A stretch of 64,000 nucleotides of DNA from Candidatus Saccharimonadales bacterium (GCA_035479955.1 DATIIE010000015.1:2268-66267), one strand, 5' to 3'. Positions 1 through 9,152 are shown, numbered from the stretch's first letter. Notes: a model not told the origin generated them from the sequence alone. Made by a program: numbers and translations.

Positions 1-1065
1 TTCCTCTTGGGTGTAGGTACGCAGCGGGTCCTGGTGGGTCAGGTACTCCTCCAGCTTGCGATAAGCGCTTACTAACTGGCTTTTCTGGGGTGCGCTTAGC
101 TGGCCGCCCTTTGGCAGGCTGGAGGTAATGAACCGCATGTCGTCCATGATAGGGTCAATGGCGCGCGGGCTGGACGCCAGGCTGGCTACAGTTATGAGGC
201 TTTCGAGATAGTCGCGGTCGGTGGTAGCCGCAGGGGCCGCGTCTGATACTTCCCCACGGGCGGTAAGCAGGCGGAACTCGTAACTGGCGCGCAAGAATAA
301 CGCTGCCGCTGCAATGAAGCCCCACAGATATACGCCATAATCTTCGTACCAGTCGCCGGCTTGCAAGAACCAAGTGGTGACAATCTCATGGATTGCGCCG
401 AGCGTAAAGGCGAAAAACGCCCACGCTTGCCAGCGGAGTGCCGGGCCATAGCTTGGCCCAATATTCTTGCCAATCTTACGGGCCAACAGGGCTGCGGCCA
501 ATGCAAGGGCGCCAGCCCATCCCATTACTGCCTCGTACACTGTTACTCCATCTAGTTGGTACTGCACCACGTACGACGCCAGTACCCCACTGCCTGCGGC
601 AACCGCCACACTCATACCCGTTACTACCCAAAGCGAGGTCCACACCCCTTTCACGCTCTGCAGGCGGGCAAATTGCCACATGCTGAGGTACATAAAGAAC
701 GTACCTATAAGGAACGGCACCAGTAAGCCGCCGCCGGTTGCCCAGGCGCTGTCCCATTGGTCTAACAAGCCTATGATGGCTGTTTGCGACATGGCAATGC
801 TGAAACAGATCAAGCCAACACCCAGAAGGATGTACGCCTTACGCAGGCGCACCTTAAATTGGCGCAGACTGCGCATAAACCATACGGCAGAGCTCGTAAT
901 AAGCACGGTCAGCAGGGTGGTGAACGACATGCGCCAGTGCGCTGCCGCAGGGTTATCAACCGTGCCCGCAACCGGGATAACGTATGCTAGCCCGGCTATT
1001 ACAACCGCGGCCGCTAAAAGTGTATAGTATAGTTTCTTCTGATATTGTTGGGATTGGGAAAGCAT
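1..1065 (-). CDS. Multi-pass membrane protein (about 8 TM) with C-terminal cytoplasmic domain; 3' end runs off the window
   Basis: Hand translation from ATG at 1065 (MLSQSQQYQKKLYYTLLAAAVVIAGLAYVIP...) stays open to base 1 (355 codons). About 8 hydrophobic segments, then a helical soluble part. Absent from the ORF track because there is no stop in the window. Confidence 0.85.
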   Translation of the reverse strand, partial: MLSQSQQYQKKLYYTLLAAAVVIAGLAYVIPVAGTVDNPAAAHWRMSFTTLLTVLITSSAVWFMRSLRQFKVRLRKAYILLGVGLICFSIAMSQTAIIGLLDQWDSAWATGGGLLVPFLIGTFFMYLSMWQFARLQSVKGVWTSLWVVTGMSVAVAAGSGVLASYVVQYQLDGVTVYEAVMGWAGALALAAALLARKIGKNIGPSYGPALRWQAWAFFAFTLGAIHEIVTTWFLQAGDWYEDYGVYLWGFIAAAALFLRASYEFRLLTARGEVSDAAPAATTDRDYLESLITVASLASSPRAIDPIMDDMRFITSSLPKGGQLSAPQKSQLVSAYRKLEEYLTHQDPLRTYTQEE

Positions 1066-1128
1066 ACTACCTATCATCGCGTCCTGTTATTAAACGAGCA
1101 TTAAACAAAGCTTTCTAACTGGTTATGA

Positions 1129-1836
1129 TTATAAGCCTGTAGCCGTATGACGCAAAGCCTTGTGCACAGCTTCGGCGGTCAGGCCGTCCATTTGCAGGGC
1201 GTCCTGCAGCTGGAACGCGCCCACACGGGTACGCTGCAACCCAGCCATATAGGCACCTGTGCCCAGTGCCCTGCCAATGTCCTCTACCAGTGAACGCACA
1301 TAGGTGCCGCTGCTGACATGCACGGTAAAACGGACGTCGGGATAGTCATACCCAGTGAAAATAATGCGCTCAATATGTGCCGGGCGCGGTTCCATTTCGG
1401 GCGCTTTGCCATCGCGCGCCAGTTTGTAGGCGCGCTGGCCATTAATCTTAATAGCCGAATAAACGGGTGGCGTTTGCATAATATCGCCCTCGAAACGGGC
1501 CATGGCGATGTGCAGCTCCTCTTTGGTGGGCACCACGTTGGAAGCGAGGGTTTTCTCGCCTTCTTCATCACCGGTGGTGCTGGTTTGGCCCAGGCGCATT
1601 ACAACGTCGTAGGTTTTGTCCATTTTGGTGTACAGAGGCACCTGTTTGGTGTACGCGCCCAGCATGAGCACCAGTAGGCCAGTCGCCAGCGGGTCGAGCG
1701 TGCCAGTGTGCCCCACCGGGAAGCGCTTTTTGTTTGATTGGCTCAGGCCGCTCTGCTGCACCATGCGGCGCACTTTGTTCACCACGTCAAAGCTGGTCCA
1801 GCCCTGAGGCTTGTCTATAAGTAAAATACCGTCCAT
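1129..1836 (-). CDS. truB: tRNA pseudouridine(55) synthase TruB
   Basis: DGILLIDKPQGWTSFDVV, GHTGTLDPLATGLL, K.Y, PP.YSAIKING, SSGTYVRSL motifs. Confidence 0.97.
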   Translation of the reverse strand: MDGILLIDKPQGWTSFDVVNKVRRMVQQSGLSQSNKKRFPVGHTGTLDPLATGLLVLMLGAYTKQVPLYTKMDKTYDVVMRLGQTSTTGDEEGEKTLASNVVPTKEELHIAMARFEGDIMQTPPVYSAIKINGQRAYKLARDGKAPEMEPRPAHIERIIFTGYDYPDVRFTVHVSSGTYVRSLVEDIGRALGTGAYMAGLQRTRVGAFQLQDALQMDGLTAEAVHKALRHTATGL

Positions 1837-1903
1837 TACCTAAGAGGATAGCGGGCGCTGCGGTAGTTGGCAACTACGCTTTGCCGTGTTTACGGGGAAT
1901 ATG

Positions 1904-4165
1904 TTACTGGCCAAGGTTGCTTGGTGGCATCATGGGCGGGGGCGAGGCAGGCGGCGCGCTTGGGCCGGATGTGGCAGGTGCGCCATCAACATCGGGCAGA
2001 GTAAATGTCGGGTTAGAGGTGGCGTCCATATTAATAGGAGGCTGTGGCCCCATAGGGGCAACCACGGACGGGTCTTCATGCAGCGGCGTACCTAACGGCT
2101 GAGCGTTTAATGCCTGGATTGGCTCCGGGCCAACAGCAGTTTCAGGCTGGGAAGCAATTGCCTGCATTACAGCGTCGCGGGCGCTGGCAAGGTCCGTTGA
2201 CGGGCTGGGAGCTGGAACTGCGGGCTGCGCCATGTTGTCTGGCAGTGGCGCCTGGGGCAGTTGCGGCATGGCCGGAGCAGCCTGAGGGTCAGATGCGGCA
2301 GTTGCGGTTGGCAACGGCGGCATAAGGTCTGGGGCGTACGGCGGAGGCGTGCTGGGCGCTGGTGCGCCGGCAAATAACGGGCCGCCAGGTGCAGGAGGCT
2401 GGATTGTAGGCGCATAGCTCGGTTGGGCAGACATAGTCGGTTCTACAGGGGTTGTTGGCGAAAACGACGTGCCCGGCTGAATATGCGGGCTGTTTACATC
2501 AGCTTCAATTTCACTGAGTGTTTCCCCGCCCGGAGTTGCCGGGGCAAATGGCAGCGCTGGCGTGGCCATGCTATCGGGCGCGGGAGCTGGGGCCTGGGGC
2601 GTACCTCCGGGGTGCACAATTTGTGGCGGCGCAGCTGGCGGCGGCACCATGTTGGAGTCGTCATCATCAGTTGCAGAATTGTCCTGCGAGTCAGCTGCCA
2701 TGGGGTCGGGACCTTGGGGGACCGAAAGTGTACCCGGCGTAGAGCCACCTGGCGTCATGCTGGGCGGCAGGTATGGCATGTCGGGCGGCGCAATATTCGC
2801 CGATGCGGCCGGCGATGGGCCAAACCCGCCGTTACCGCCGTTAAAACCAGAGCCGTCTGGTGCAGGCAGCGATAACGGGTCGGTGGAGGTCTCTTCATCT
2901 TCGGGCATGCTGGCACCGCCCATTTGGCCGCCCATTTGGTTGTTGGCGCCCATTGGGGGCTGGAGGATCATGTGCGAGCTGGCCATGTGCTTATTCGGGT
3001 CAGTGTTGCCGCCCAGCAGCGGTTCCCCGCCGTGGTTGTTGATTTGCTCCATGCCCTGCAATGAGCCGTGCTCATCGATGTGGATTTGCGGGACATCTTC
3101 CTCTACCTTAGGAAGTTCAGGGCTTGGCTGGTAAGCGGGCGCAGCCGGCATAGGCTCAGGCTGTATTTCCTCAGGCTTAGCAGGCTCTTCCGGCGGGTGA
3201 TACTCTTCCTTTTTTTCTTCTTCGTGGTGTTCGGGCTCATGGTTGTCGTTAGAGTGGCCCTCTTCCGGCTTCCAGGGTTCCTCATTTTGGGCGGGGTGCG
3301 TAATTTCAAGTGTGCCGTCGTCTGGGTGTGACTCAGGCTTGCCTTGGTCGCCTTGCAGCTTCGCGCCTTCGTCGTGGGCCGCGGTTGGTAATACCGGCGC
3401 TGCTGGCGAGGGCGGCGGCGGAGCAACTGGCTCTTGCAGCTTTGTAGCAACCAACATTGGGTTGGCGCCAAAACCCATAAGTTCGGCGCTGGCGCTCATA
3501 ACGGCCGGAGTGGTCTTTTCGTTACTGAAACGGTTGGTTTCAGCAACAATGCCGGTTAGCAGCGCAGTAGCCATTTGGCCATCCATCACCTGCTTGTCGA
3601 TAGCGTCAATTAACTGCACTGTCAGTTCTGACAGGCTGCTGGCGGTAGTGTCCATCCAGTTAACCGTGCCCAGGTCGCCGCCTGGTTTGGTGTTAATGGC
3701 TGCTACAACAGCGTCGTGCAGAATGCGGCCATGCGCCGTAATTGCCTGGTCGAGTTCATTCTGCTGGTGTACGCCCAGGGCTACAACTACGTCAACGTTG
3801 AAATCGCCTTGGCTGAAATCGAGGTCTTTATCGGTAATGGAGGTTTTGTACGGTGTGATGAAAATTTTAACGACTTTATCTTCAACTTTGTAGCGCAGCT
3901 TGTCGGCCTTGGCTTTGTCGAGGGCGATGATGAAGTCGCGTAACGAGTCGGTATTCTTTTCGATGGTTTTGTCGGGTTGCAGGAACTCAAGCGTGCTGGG
4001 CACAGTGCCGCTAAATACGGCAGTGGCGTGCTTGCCTAGTTTGTTCAGTGCCAGCGTCAAACCAATACAGGCAGACAGCTGGTCAACAGATGGGTTATTA
4101 CTAACCGTTACCAGGATGTTGTTTGATTGTTTTAGGCGGTCGGCTATTGCCTGTTTTTGTTCCAT
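1904..4165 (-). CDS. DHH/NrnA-like N-terminal domain (catalytic motifs degenerate) plus about 500-aa Pro/acidic low-complexity tail
   Basis: N-terminus has DHH-family layout (ILVTVSNNPSVDQL; TALLTGIVAETNRFSNEKTT), but DxD and DHH motifs are not intact. The remainder is P/A/E/D-rich. Confidence 0.75.
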   Translation of the reverse strand: MEQKQAIADRLKQSNNILVTVSNNPSVDQLSACIGLTLALNKLGKHATAVFSGTVPSTLEFLQPDKTIEKNTDSLRDFIIALDKAKADKLRYKVEDKVVKIFITPYKTSITDKDLDFSQGDFNVDVVVALGVHQQNELDQAITAHGRILHDAVVAAINTKPGGDLGTVNWMDTTASSLSELTVQLIDAIDKQVMDGQMATALLTGIVAETNRFSNEKTTPAVMSASAELMGFGANPMLVATKLQEPVAPPPPSPAAPVLPTAAHDEGAKLQGDQGKPESHPDDGTLEITHPAQNEEPWKPEEGHSNDNHEPEHHEEEKKEEYHPPEEPAKPEEIQPEPMPAAPAYQPSPELPKVEEDVPQIHIDEHGSLQGMEQINNHGGEPLLGGNTDPNKHMASSHMILQPPMGANNQMGGQMGGASMPEDEETSTDPLSLPAPDGSGFNGGNGGFGPSPAASANIAPPDMPYLPPSMTPGGSTPGTLSVPQGPDPMAADSQDNSATDDDDSNMVPPPAAPPQIVHPGGTPQAPAPAPDSMATPALPFAPATPGGETLSEIEADVNSPHIQPGTSFSPTTPVEPTMSAQPSYAPTIQPPAPGGPLFAGAPAPSTPPPYAPDLMPPLPTATAASDPQAAPAMPQLPQAPLPDNMAQPAVPAPSPSTDLASARDAVMQAIASQPETAVGPEPIQALNAQPLGTPLHEDPSVVAPMGPQPPINMDATSNPTFTLPDVDGAPATSGPSAPPASPPPMMPPSNLGQ

Positions 4166-4269
4166 GCTTTTTGGTGTCTTCTATCTGTAAAGTCAGCGTA
4201 TCATATAAGCATTAGCTTTGCCAAATTTTTTATAGCCCTGGTCGCGTAAGGCTGCGGAAAAACTATTCC

Positions 4270-4407
4270 CACTAAGGCACCTCGGAAGCTCGAAATGTGC
4301 GCGTGGTACTAACTTCAGAAAACCGCTCCCACGGCACTTGCGGGTCTGGAAATTTGCTTTTTATAGCACATTTCCAGCTTCCGAGGTGCCTTAGTGAGCG
4401 GTTTTCT
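4270..4407. repeat. Long inverted repeat with nested complementary segments (hairpin/pseudoknot or MITE/REP-like element)
   Basis: 4270-4300 matches the reverse complement of 4366-4396 at 30/31 nt; 4317-4328 is perfectly complementary to 4396-4407. Confidence 0.85.
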
Positions 4408-4430
4408 TACGTTCGCTACGTCTGAGCTGT

Positions 4431-7283
4431 TTACGCAGTGCGGCGTTTGCGGCGCACTTTGCTCGCCACAATCACACCAATCAGCACCACAAGGATGATC
4501 AGCGGAATTGCCTTGCCCGCGCCTGCCTTAACAGCGCCAAATGACAATGCAATGCTTAAGCCCAGCCAGGTTAGCACTGGCGTGCGGCCAATGCGGGTGC
4601 GCAGGTATTCCCCGCCCAGGTAGTAGTACGGGAATACAGTGATGACCAAGAAAGTACTGGATAGCAGGCCGCAGATAAGCACCACGGTCAGGCCTTCCCA
4701 GAACGGGTCAGACAGGTACAACGGGATTAAAGATACGACTGCAGTAAAGCTGGTGGCAATCAGCGGGCGGAACCGTTCGCGCAATGCGCCCACCGCAGCG
4801 TCAACAGCCGATTCGCCTGAACGGCGCAGTTGGTTGGCGTAGTCGGTCAGCAAAATAGTGTTCTTAATACTTAAGCCAAGGAGAGCGAAGAAGCCCAGCA
4901 TAGTAAAGAAGCTGAAGGCGTTCTTGGTGGCGTACAGGCCCAGCGTAATACCGAACAGGCTGAACGGGATTGCCATAAAGATAAGCAGCGGCTGCAGCAA
5001 CGAGCGGAACTGGATCGCCAGCAGCAAGAAGATCACGCCCAGCAGAATCGGGAACGCCATAAGCAGCGTGCCAAACGAGTTCTGGTTGTCCTCTTCCTGG
5101 CCAAGGTCATATTTCAGCACGTCTTTGTTCAAGCCGTAAGACGCAATTTTGCTGTCGGTGAATTCCTTTTTCACAGCATCCTGCGCCAGGGTTACCAGCG
5201 TACTGGTGTCGTTGGCGTTAAACTTGGCGCTCACTTCCACATACTGCTTGCCGTCTTCGCGCTCATAGATGCCAGGGTCGGATACAGTGGTAGATACAAT
5301 TTTGGCCTTTTCACCGCTGACACGGGTCAGCTCGCGGTTGTTCAGGTAGGCTTGGATGTCGTTAGCCAGGCGCAGTGACGCGTCGCGGTCCTTGCTGACA
5401 ATGCGTACGCCAAAGTTAGATGACGGCGGCCCAATATCCTGCTGCGTTATCTCAACCTGGGCGCCCGTAAAGTCTTTGAATTCAGCCTTCAGCTGCTTTT
5501 GCAGCTCCGGAGCTGTTACGTCGCGGTCCTTAAATGACTCAAGGTAGATGAACGACTGCACGGTTTGCGCGTTGGCGTTGCTGTAATAAGCAGATGTTTT
5601 GAAATTACTGCCTAAGAACTTGCCTGCTACTTTGTTGGCTTTATCTGAGACTTTTTCGGCTTGCTGGATGGTAGTACCAGGCGCAAAGCTCAGCTGCATA
5701 ATAAGGCCGTTGCTGTCTTTGCTGGGTGGGAAGATGTTAAACGTCACCTTCTGGAATAGGAATCCAGCGGCCACCACAAAACCCAGGCCAATTAATACGG
5801 CAACTAAGCCAACGCTTACCAGTTTCTTTTTGGAGTCGCGGGCCCACAGCATGGGCTTGCCTACAAATTCGGCCACTTTGTCTTCCAGGCGGGCAGCGGG
5901 TTCGCTTACATCGCCCTTTGGCCCCATTTGTTTCTTACCCAGCAGCAGGTAGCGGGCGAACAGCGGGATAAATATCAGTGCCACTACCAAGCTGGTTACC
6001 AGGCTGGTGATAACTGTTACTGGAATGGCGCGGATAAAGCTGCCCAAAATACCGCTTACAAACAACAGCGGTGCAAAACTCAGCACAGCAGTTGACGTTG
6101 CAGCCACCATGGCGCGGCTTACCTTGCGGGTAGCAATCTGTACAGCTTCACGCGGATCTTTTCTCCGCCGCCGCTGCGCGTCTATCGCCTCAACCATAAT
6201 GATGGTGTCGTCAACAATCAAAGCCAGACACAGCACCAGCGAGAACAGCGTAATCGTGTTCAGGGAGTAACCCACCAGATACAGCACGCCAAGCGTAATA
6301 GTCAGCACCGTAAGCATGGCCAGCACAGTAATGAGTGAGGCGCGGATAGCAATTACCAGCGAACCAATAATAAGCACAGCGCCCAGGCCCTCAAGCAGTG
6401 ACTGCTGCAACCCGCCAATTTGTTCCTTGATGTCGTTGGCGTAGGTGGCGCTGATAACTGCCGTGTAGGGTGAGTCCTTGTGTTCGGCGTTGTAGGCCGC
6501 CAGCGTTTCCTTCAGCTTGTCATCTAGCTTAATGACATCGGTGCCGGTTTTTTGGGAGTAACCAACAGATACCGAGTCATAGAAATTGTTCTGGTCGCCA
6601 GTGCGCTCGCCGTAACGGTCGAACAGCTTCTGGCTGGTGACAGCTTTGCCGCTCAGCGGGTCGCTGCCCTCTACGAACGGGTCAATAACTGACACACTCT
6701 TGATAGATTCAAGGTGCTTGCTGCTAATGTATGCAGCTACTTTTTCGCCTTCTGCGGTGAGCTGCTCAACAGTTGCGCCGTCGTTCTTGGCGTATACCGA
6801 AATAACGCCATCGTCACCGCGCTCTGTAAAGCCGATTTTCGGCGTCTGCATGGTAAGGGTGGCGCGCTCCGGCAAAAGATGTGCGTCGGTAATGCGCTGC
6901 TGGATTTGCTTGCCTGCGGCATCAGCGTTCGTACCTTCCTTGTACTGCACTGCCAGGAAATAGAAATTGTCGTGCGAGTTTGCCTGCACGCTCTTCACGC
7001 GTGAGTCCTTCAGCACCAAATCGCTTACCGGGCCGGCAACTTGCGAGTCTACCTTGCTGGCGTCATTTACAAAATAAGTACCGTTGATGGTGGAGAATGG
7101 TATATCTATACTCGGAAAACCTTCCCGCTGTAATAGCGTGGTATAGCTAACAACACCGAATATCGTCAGCGCCAGCCAAATGACCGCGGCAAACTTAGAC
7201 CGGTTAAATACAAATAAGCTCAAGCGCGGCAGCAGCCGGTCTTGGCCGTCGTTTGAGTACATCTTCTTCACTTTATTTTTCAC
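4431..7283 (-). CDS. RND-family (AcrB/CzcA-like) transporter permease
   Basis: 950 aa, two repeats of TM + extracytoplasmic loop + 5 TM; LALIVDDTIIMVE, KNTILLTD and ERFRPLIATS motifs; GTG start after AAAGGGGA. Confidence 0.92.
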   Translation of the reverse strand: MKNKVKKMYSNDGQDRLLPRLSLFVFNRSKFAAVIWLALTIFGVVSYTTLLQREGFPSIDIPFSTINGTYFVNDASKVDSQVAGPVSDLVLKDSRVKSVQANSHDNFYFLAVQYKEGTNADAAGKQIQQRITDAHLLPERATLTMQTPKIGFTERGDDGVISVYAKNDGATVEQLTAEGEKVAAYISSKHLESIKSVSVIDPFVEGSDPLSGKAVTSQKLFDRYGERTGDQNNFYDSVSVGYSQKTGTDVIKLDDKLKETLAAYNAEHKDSPYTAVISATYANDIKEQIGGLQQSLLEGLGAVLIIGSLVIAIRASLITVLAMLTVLTITLGVLYLVGYSLNTITLFSLVLCLALIVDDTIIMVEAIDAQRRRRKDPREAVQIATRKVSRAMVAATSTAVLSFAPLLFVSGILGSFIRAIPVTVITSLVTSLVVALIFIPLFARYLLLGKKQMGPKGDVSEPAARLEDKVAEFVGKPMLWARDSKKKLVSVGLVAVLIGLGFVVAAGFLFQKVTFNIFPPSKDSNGLIMQLSFAPGTTIQQAEKVSDKANKVAGKFLGSNFKTSAYYSNANAQTVQSFIYLESFKDRDVTAPELQKQLKAEFKDFTGAQVEITQQDIGPPSSNFGVRIVSKDRDASLRLANDIQAYLNNRELTRVSGEKAKIVSTTVSDPGIYEREDGKQYVEVSAKFNANDTSTLVTLAQDAVKKEFTDSKIASYGLNKDVLKYDLGQEEDNQNSFGTLLMAFPILLGVIFLLLAIQFRSLLQPLLIFMAIPFSLFGITLGLYATKNAFSFFTMLGFFALLGLSIKNTILLTDYANQLRRSGESAVDAAVGALRERFRPLIATSFTAVVSLIPLYLSDPFWEGLTVVLICGLLSSTFLVITVFPYYYLGGEYLRTRIGRTPVLTWLGLSIALSFGAVKAGAGKAIPLIILVVLIGVIVASKVRRKRRTA

Positions 7284-7368
7284 CAGAGGATCCCCTTTAT
7301 GCCTTCATACTACCAGCCAGTGCCCTGTCAGCACAATGAAATACAGATTAAACATTCAAGGGGGCGGC

Positions 7369-7397
7369 TTTACAAAGTGTTCCACCTCTGGTATATT
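7369..7397 (+). promoter_or_regulatory. Sigma70-type promoter of rpsT
   Basis: TTTACA-N17-TATATT. Confidence 0.6.
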
Positions 7398-7429
7398 TCG
7401 TGTAGTAAATAACAACAAAGGTACTTTTA

Positions 7430-7777
7430 ATGCCCATCATTAAGTCAGCAAAGAAGCGCGTTCGCACCAGCACCAAAGCAGCTGTGCGCAACAGCAAAAC
7501 CAAGCGCAGCCTGAAGGGCGCGCTGAAAGCTTTCCACAAGGCCATCACAGGTGGTACTAAGGAAGTTAAGAGCCTTGGAAGCAAGGCCCAAAGCGAGCTG
7601 GACAAAGCCGCTAAAAAAGGCGTGATGCACAAGAACAAAGTTGCCCGCAAGAAGAGCCAGTTGGCTCGCGATGCCAAGGCTGCTGCCACTGCCACTCCTA
7701 AGGCTGTTAAAAAGGCTCCGGCAAAGAAGCCGGCTGCCGCTAAAAAGCCTGCTGCTAAGAAAACTGCCAAAAAATAG
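7430..7777 (+). CDS. rpsT: 30S ribosomal protein S20 with Lys/Ala-rich C-terminal tail
   Basis: MPIIKSAKKRVR...RN...K, LDKAAKKGVMHKNKVARKKSQL. Confidence 0.96.
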   Translation: MPIIKSAKKRVRTSTKAAVRNSKTKRSLKGALKAFHKAITGGTKEVKSLGSKAQSELDKAAKKGVMHKNKVARKKSQLARDAKAAATATPKAVKKAPAKKPAAAKKPAAKKTAKK

Positions 7778-7792
7778 GCAATTCTAGCATTT

Positions 7793-7827
7793 AAAAAACG
7801 CCCTGCCCGCGCGGCAGGCGTTTTTTT
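7793..7827. terminator. Intrinsic terminator after rpsT
   Basis: AAAAAACGCCCTGCC-CGCGC-GGCAGGCGTTTTTTT, a GC stem flanked by A and T tracts. Confidence 0.85.
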
Positions 7828-7860
7828 ATTGTTTCCCTTTAGTTCATGGCTGTAAACATA

Positions 7861-7889
7861 TTGCCTATTATGCTTATAGATGCTATAAT
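7861..7889 (+). promoter_or_regulatory. Near-consensus extended -10 promoter of the orphan at 7899
   Basis: TTGCCT-N17-TATAAT with TGn; ATG lies 9 nt downstream. Confidence 0.7.
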
Positions 7890-7898
7890 AAAAGCGTA

Positions 7899-9152
7899 AT
7901 GACTGATGGACCACTCCCCCGCCACGCGCATGAATTAGCCGCCCCACTCGAAGCTGGGACATCCGGCACCCATGGCGCAGAGGCCTTACCACTTGTACTC
8001 CAGGCCTCTGGCGCTGTTGCTGATGTTATTCACGCCCACGACATGGACACCCTTCGCTTACTCGCCGCTGGCCAGTTGCCTGAAGGCTGGGACCCTCGCT
8101 TCGCAGAACACAGCGGCGTTATGGCCATCGCAGCAAATGAATTCCTCACCAAAGGCGACCGCAACACCACCATCGTAGACGGCGTAAATGTCCACGTTGA
8201 CGATGCCCGCGAAGCCGAACAACGGCGCGCATATGCACAAAGCGGCGGCGGCAGCGAAAACGGCGTTGCCGGCAGCTTGCTGGCAGGCGTAGAAAAAGTT
8301 GCCGTTGCACCTGCCGACGACCACCTGGACGCTATGGGCGCAACGGCCATGGACGGTATACTAGCCCGCTTGCGTAGCGCATCCACAACCAACGAAGCGC
8401 AGCCTGGGGCTAGCGAGCCAGCAGCACCTGCCCCGCTGCCAAAACGCCCAGTCGCCGCCCCTGCCCCTCATGGTGAGGCTACGCAAATAATCGCGTGGCG
8501 CCCTCAGCAGCAGGACCCGGCCGGGGAAGCCACTCAAATAATTAAACGCCCGGCCCACTTAGGCGACGTCACCCAGAAAATAACCCCGCCTGCGGCAGAA
8601 GCTGACGCTGAAACGCGCCGCCTGCCACGTAGTGCAATCGCAAGCGTGCTGGGACGCACCGGCACGGGCGGCCGCCACCGCCGTAGGGTTGGCGAAGGCG
8701 AACGCGTTATCTTCACCGACGCCCGCGACACTAACCTGCCTGGCGCAGGCGATGCCGCAACGCAGCGCCTCAACGTAAACAGCGGCGCTGGTGAACAAAC
8801 CGTGGTAATTAACGCTCCACACAGTGAAAAAACAGGTGAAAAGACAGTTGTGATCAATGGCGGCGGGCGCCATGCTGAAGCTGAAAAAACTACCCCTCTG
8901 CAGCGCCCGGTACGCCTGGGTGAATTCCCAGAACCAGCCTCCCACCCTGACCCTGACGCAACCGCTGTACTGAGGGCTAGCCTGCACGCCATAGGCGAAC
9001 GCACGGGCCTAGTAGACCCTGACGCCAGTCCTGGCGAAAATACAGTGATGATAACTACCGCTGGTTCTGAATCAACGCGGCGCATTGCACCGGTTGTTGG
9101 TGAAGTAACCCAGATTATTCCTGGCCAAATGCCACGGAACTTTAACCAGTAG
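7899..9152 (+). CDS. Orphan, largely disordered protein with 12 acidic-x-T-x-x-I/L motifs
   Basis: 417-aa ORF with its own promoter. The repeated motif is conserved at protein level with synonymous differences between copies. Confidence 0.85.
   Translation: MTDGPLPRHAHELAAPLEAGTSGTHGAEALPLVLQASGAVADVIHAHDMDTLRLLAAGQLPEGWDPRFAEHSGVMAIAANEFLTKGDRNTTIVDGVNVHVDDAREAEQRRAYAQSGGGSENGVAGSLLAGVEKVAVAPADDHLDAMGATAMDGILARLRSASTTNEAQPGASEPAAPAPLPKRPVAAPAPHGEATQIIAWRPQQQDPAGEATQIIKRPAHLGDVTQKITPPAAEADAETRRLPRSAIASVLGRTGTGGRHRRRVGEGERVIFTDARDTNLPGAGDAATQRLNVNSGAGEQTVVINAPHSEKTGEKTVVINGGGRHAEAEKTTPLQRPVRLGEFPEPASHPDPDATAVLRASLHAIGERTGLVDPDASPGENTVMITTAGSESTRRIAPVVGEVTQIIPGQMPRNFNQ

Noticed and set aside
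155-1027. Cluster of short ORFs at the window start
   Set aside because: Explained by the single minus-strand membrane-protein frame 1065 to <1.
8472-9119. CRISPR array or DNA tandem repeat behind the repeated motifs
   Set aside because: Repeats are conserved only as peptides, with variable DNA and spacing; no CRISPR-like repeat-spacer pattern or cas gene anywhere in the window.
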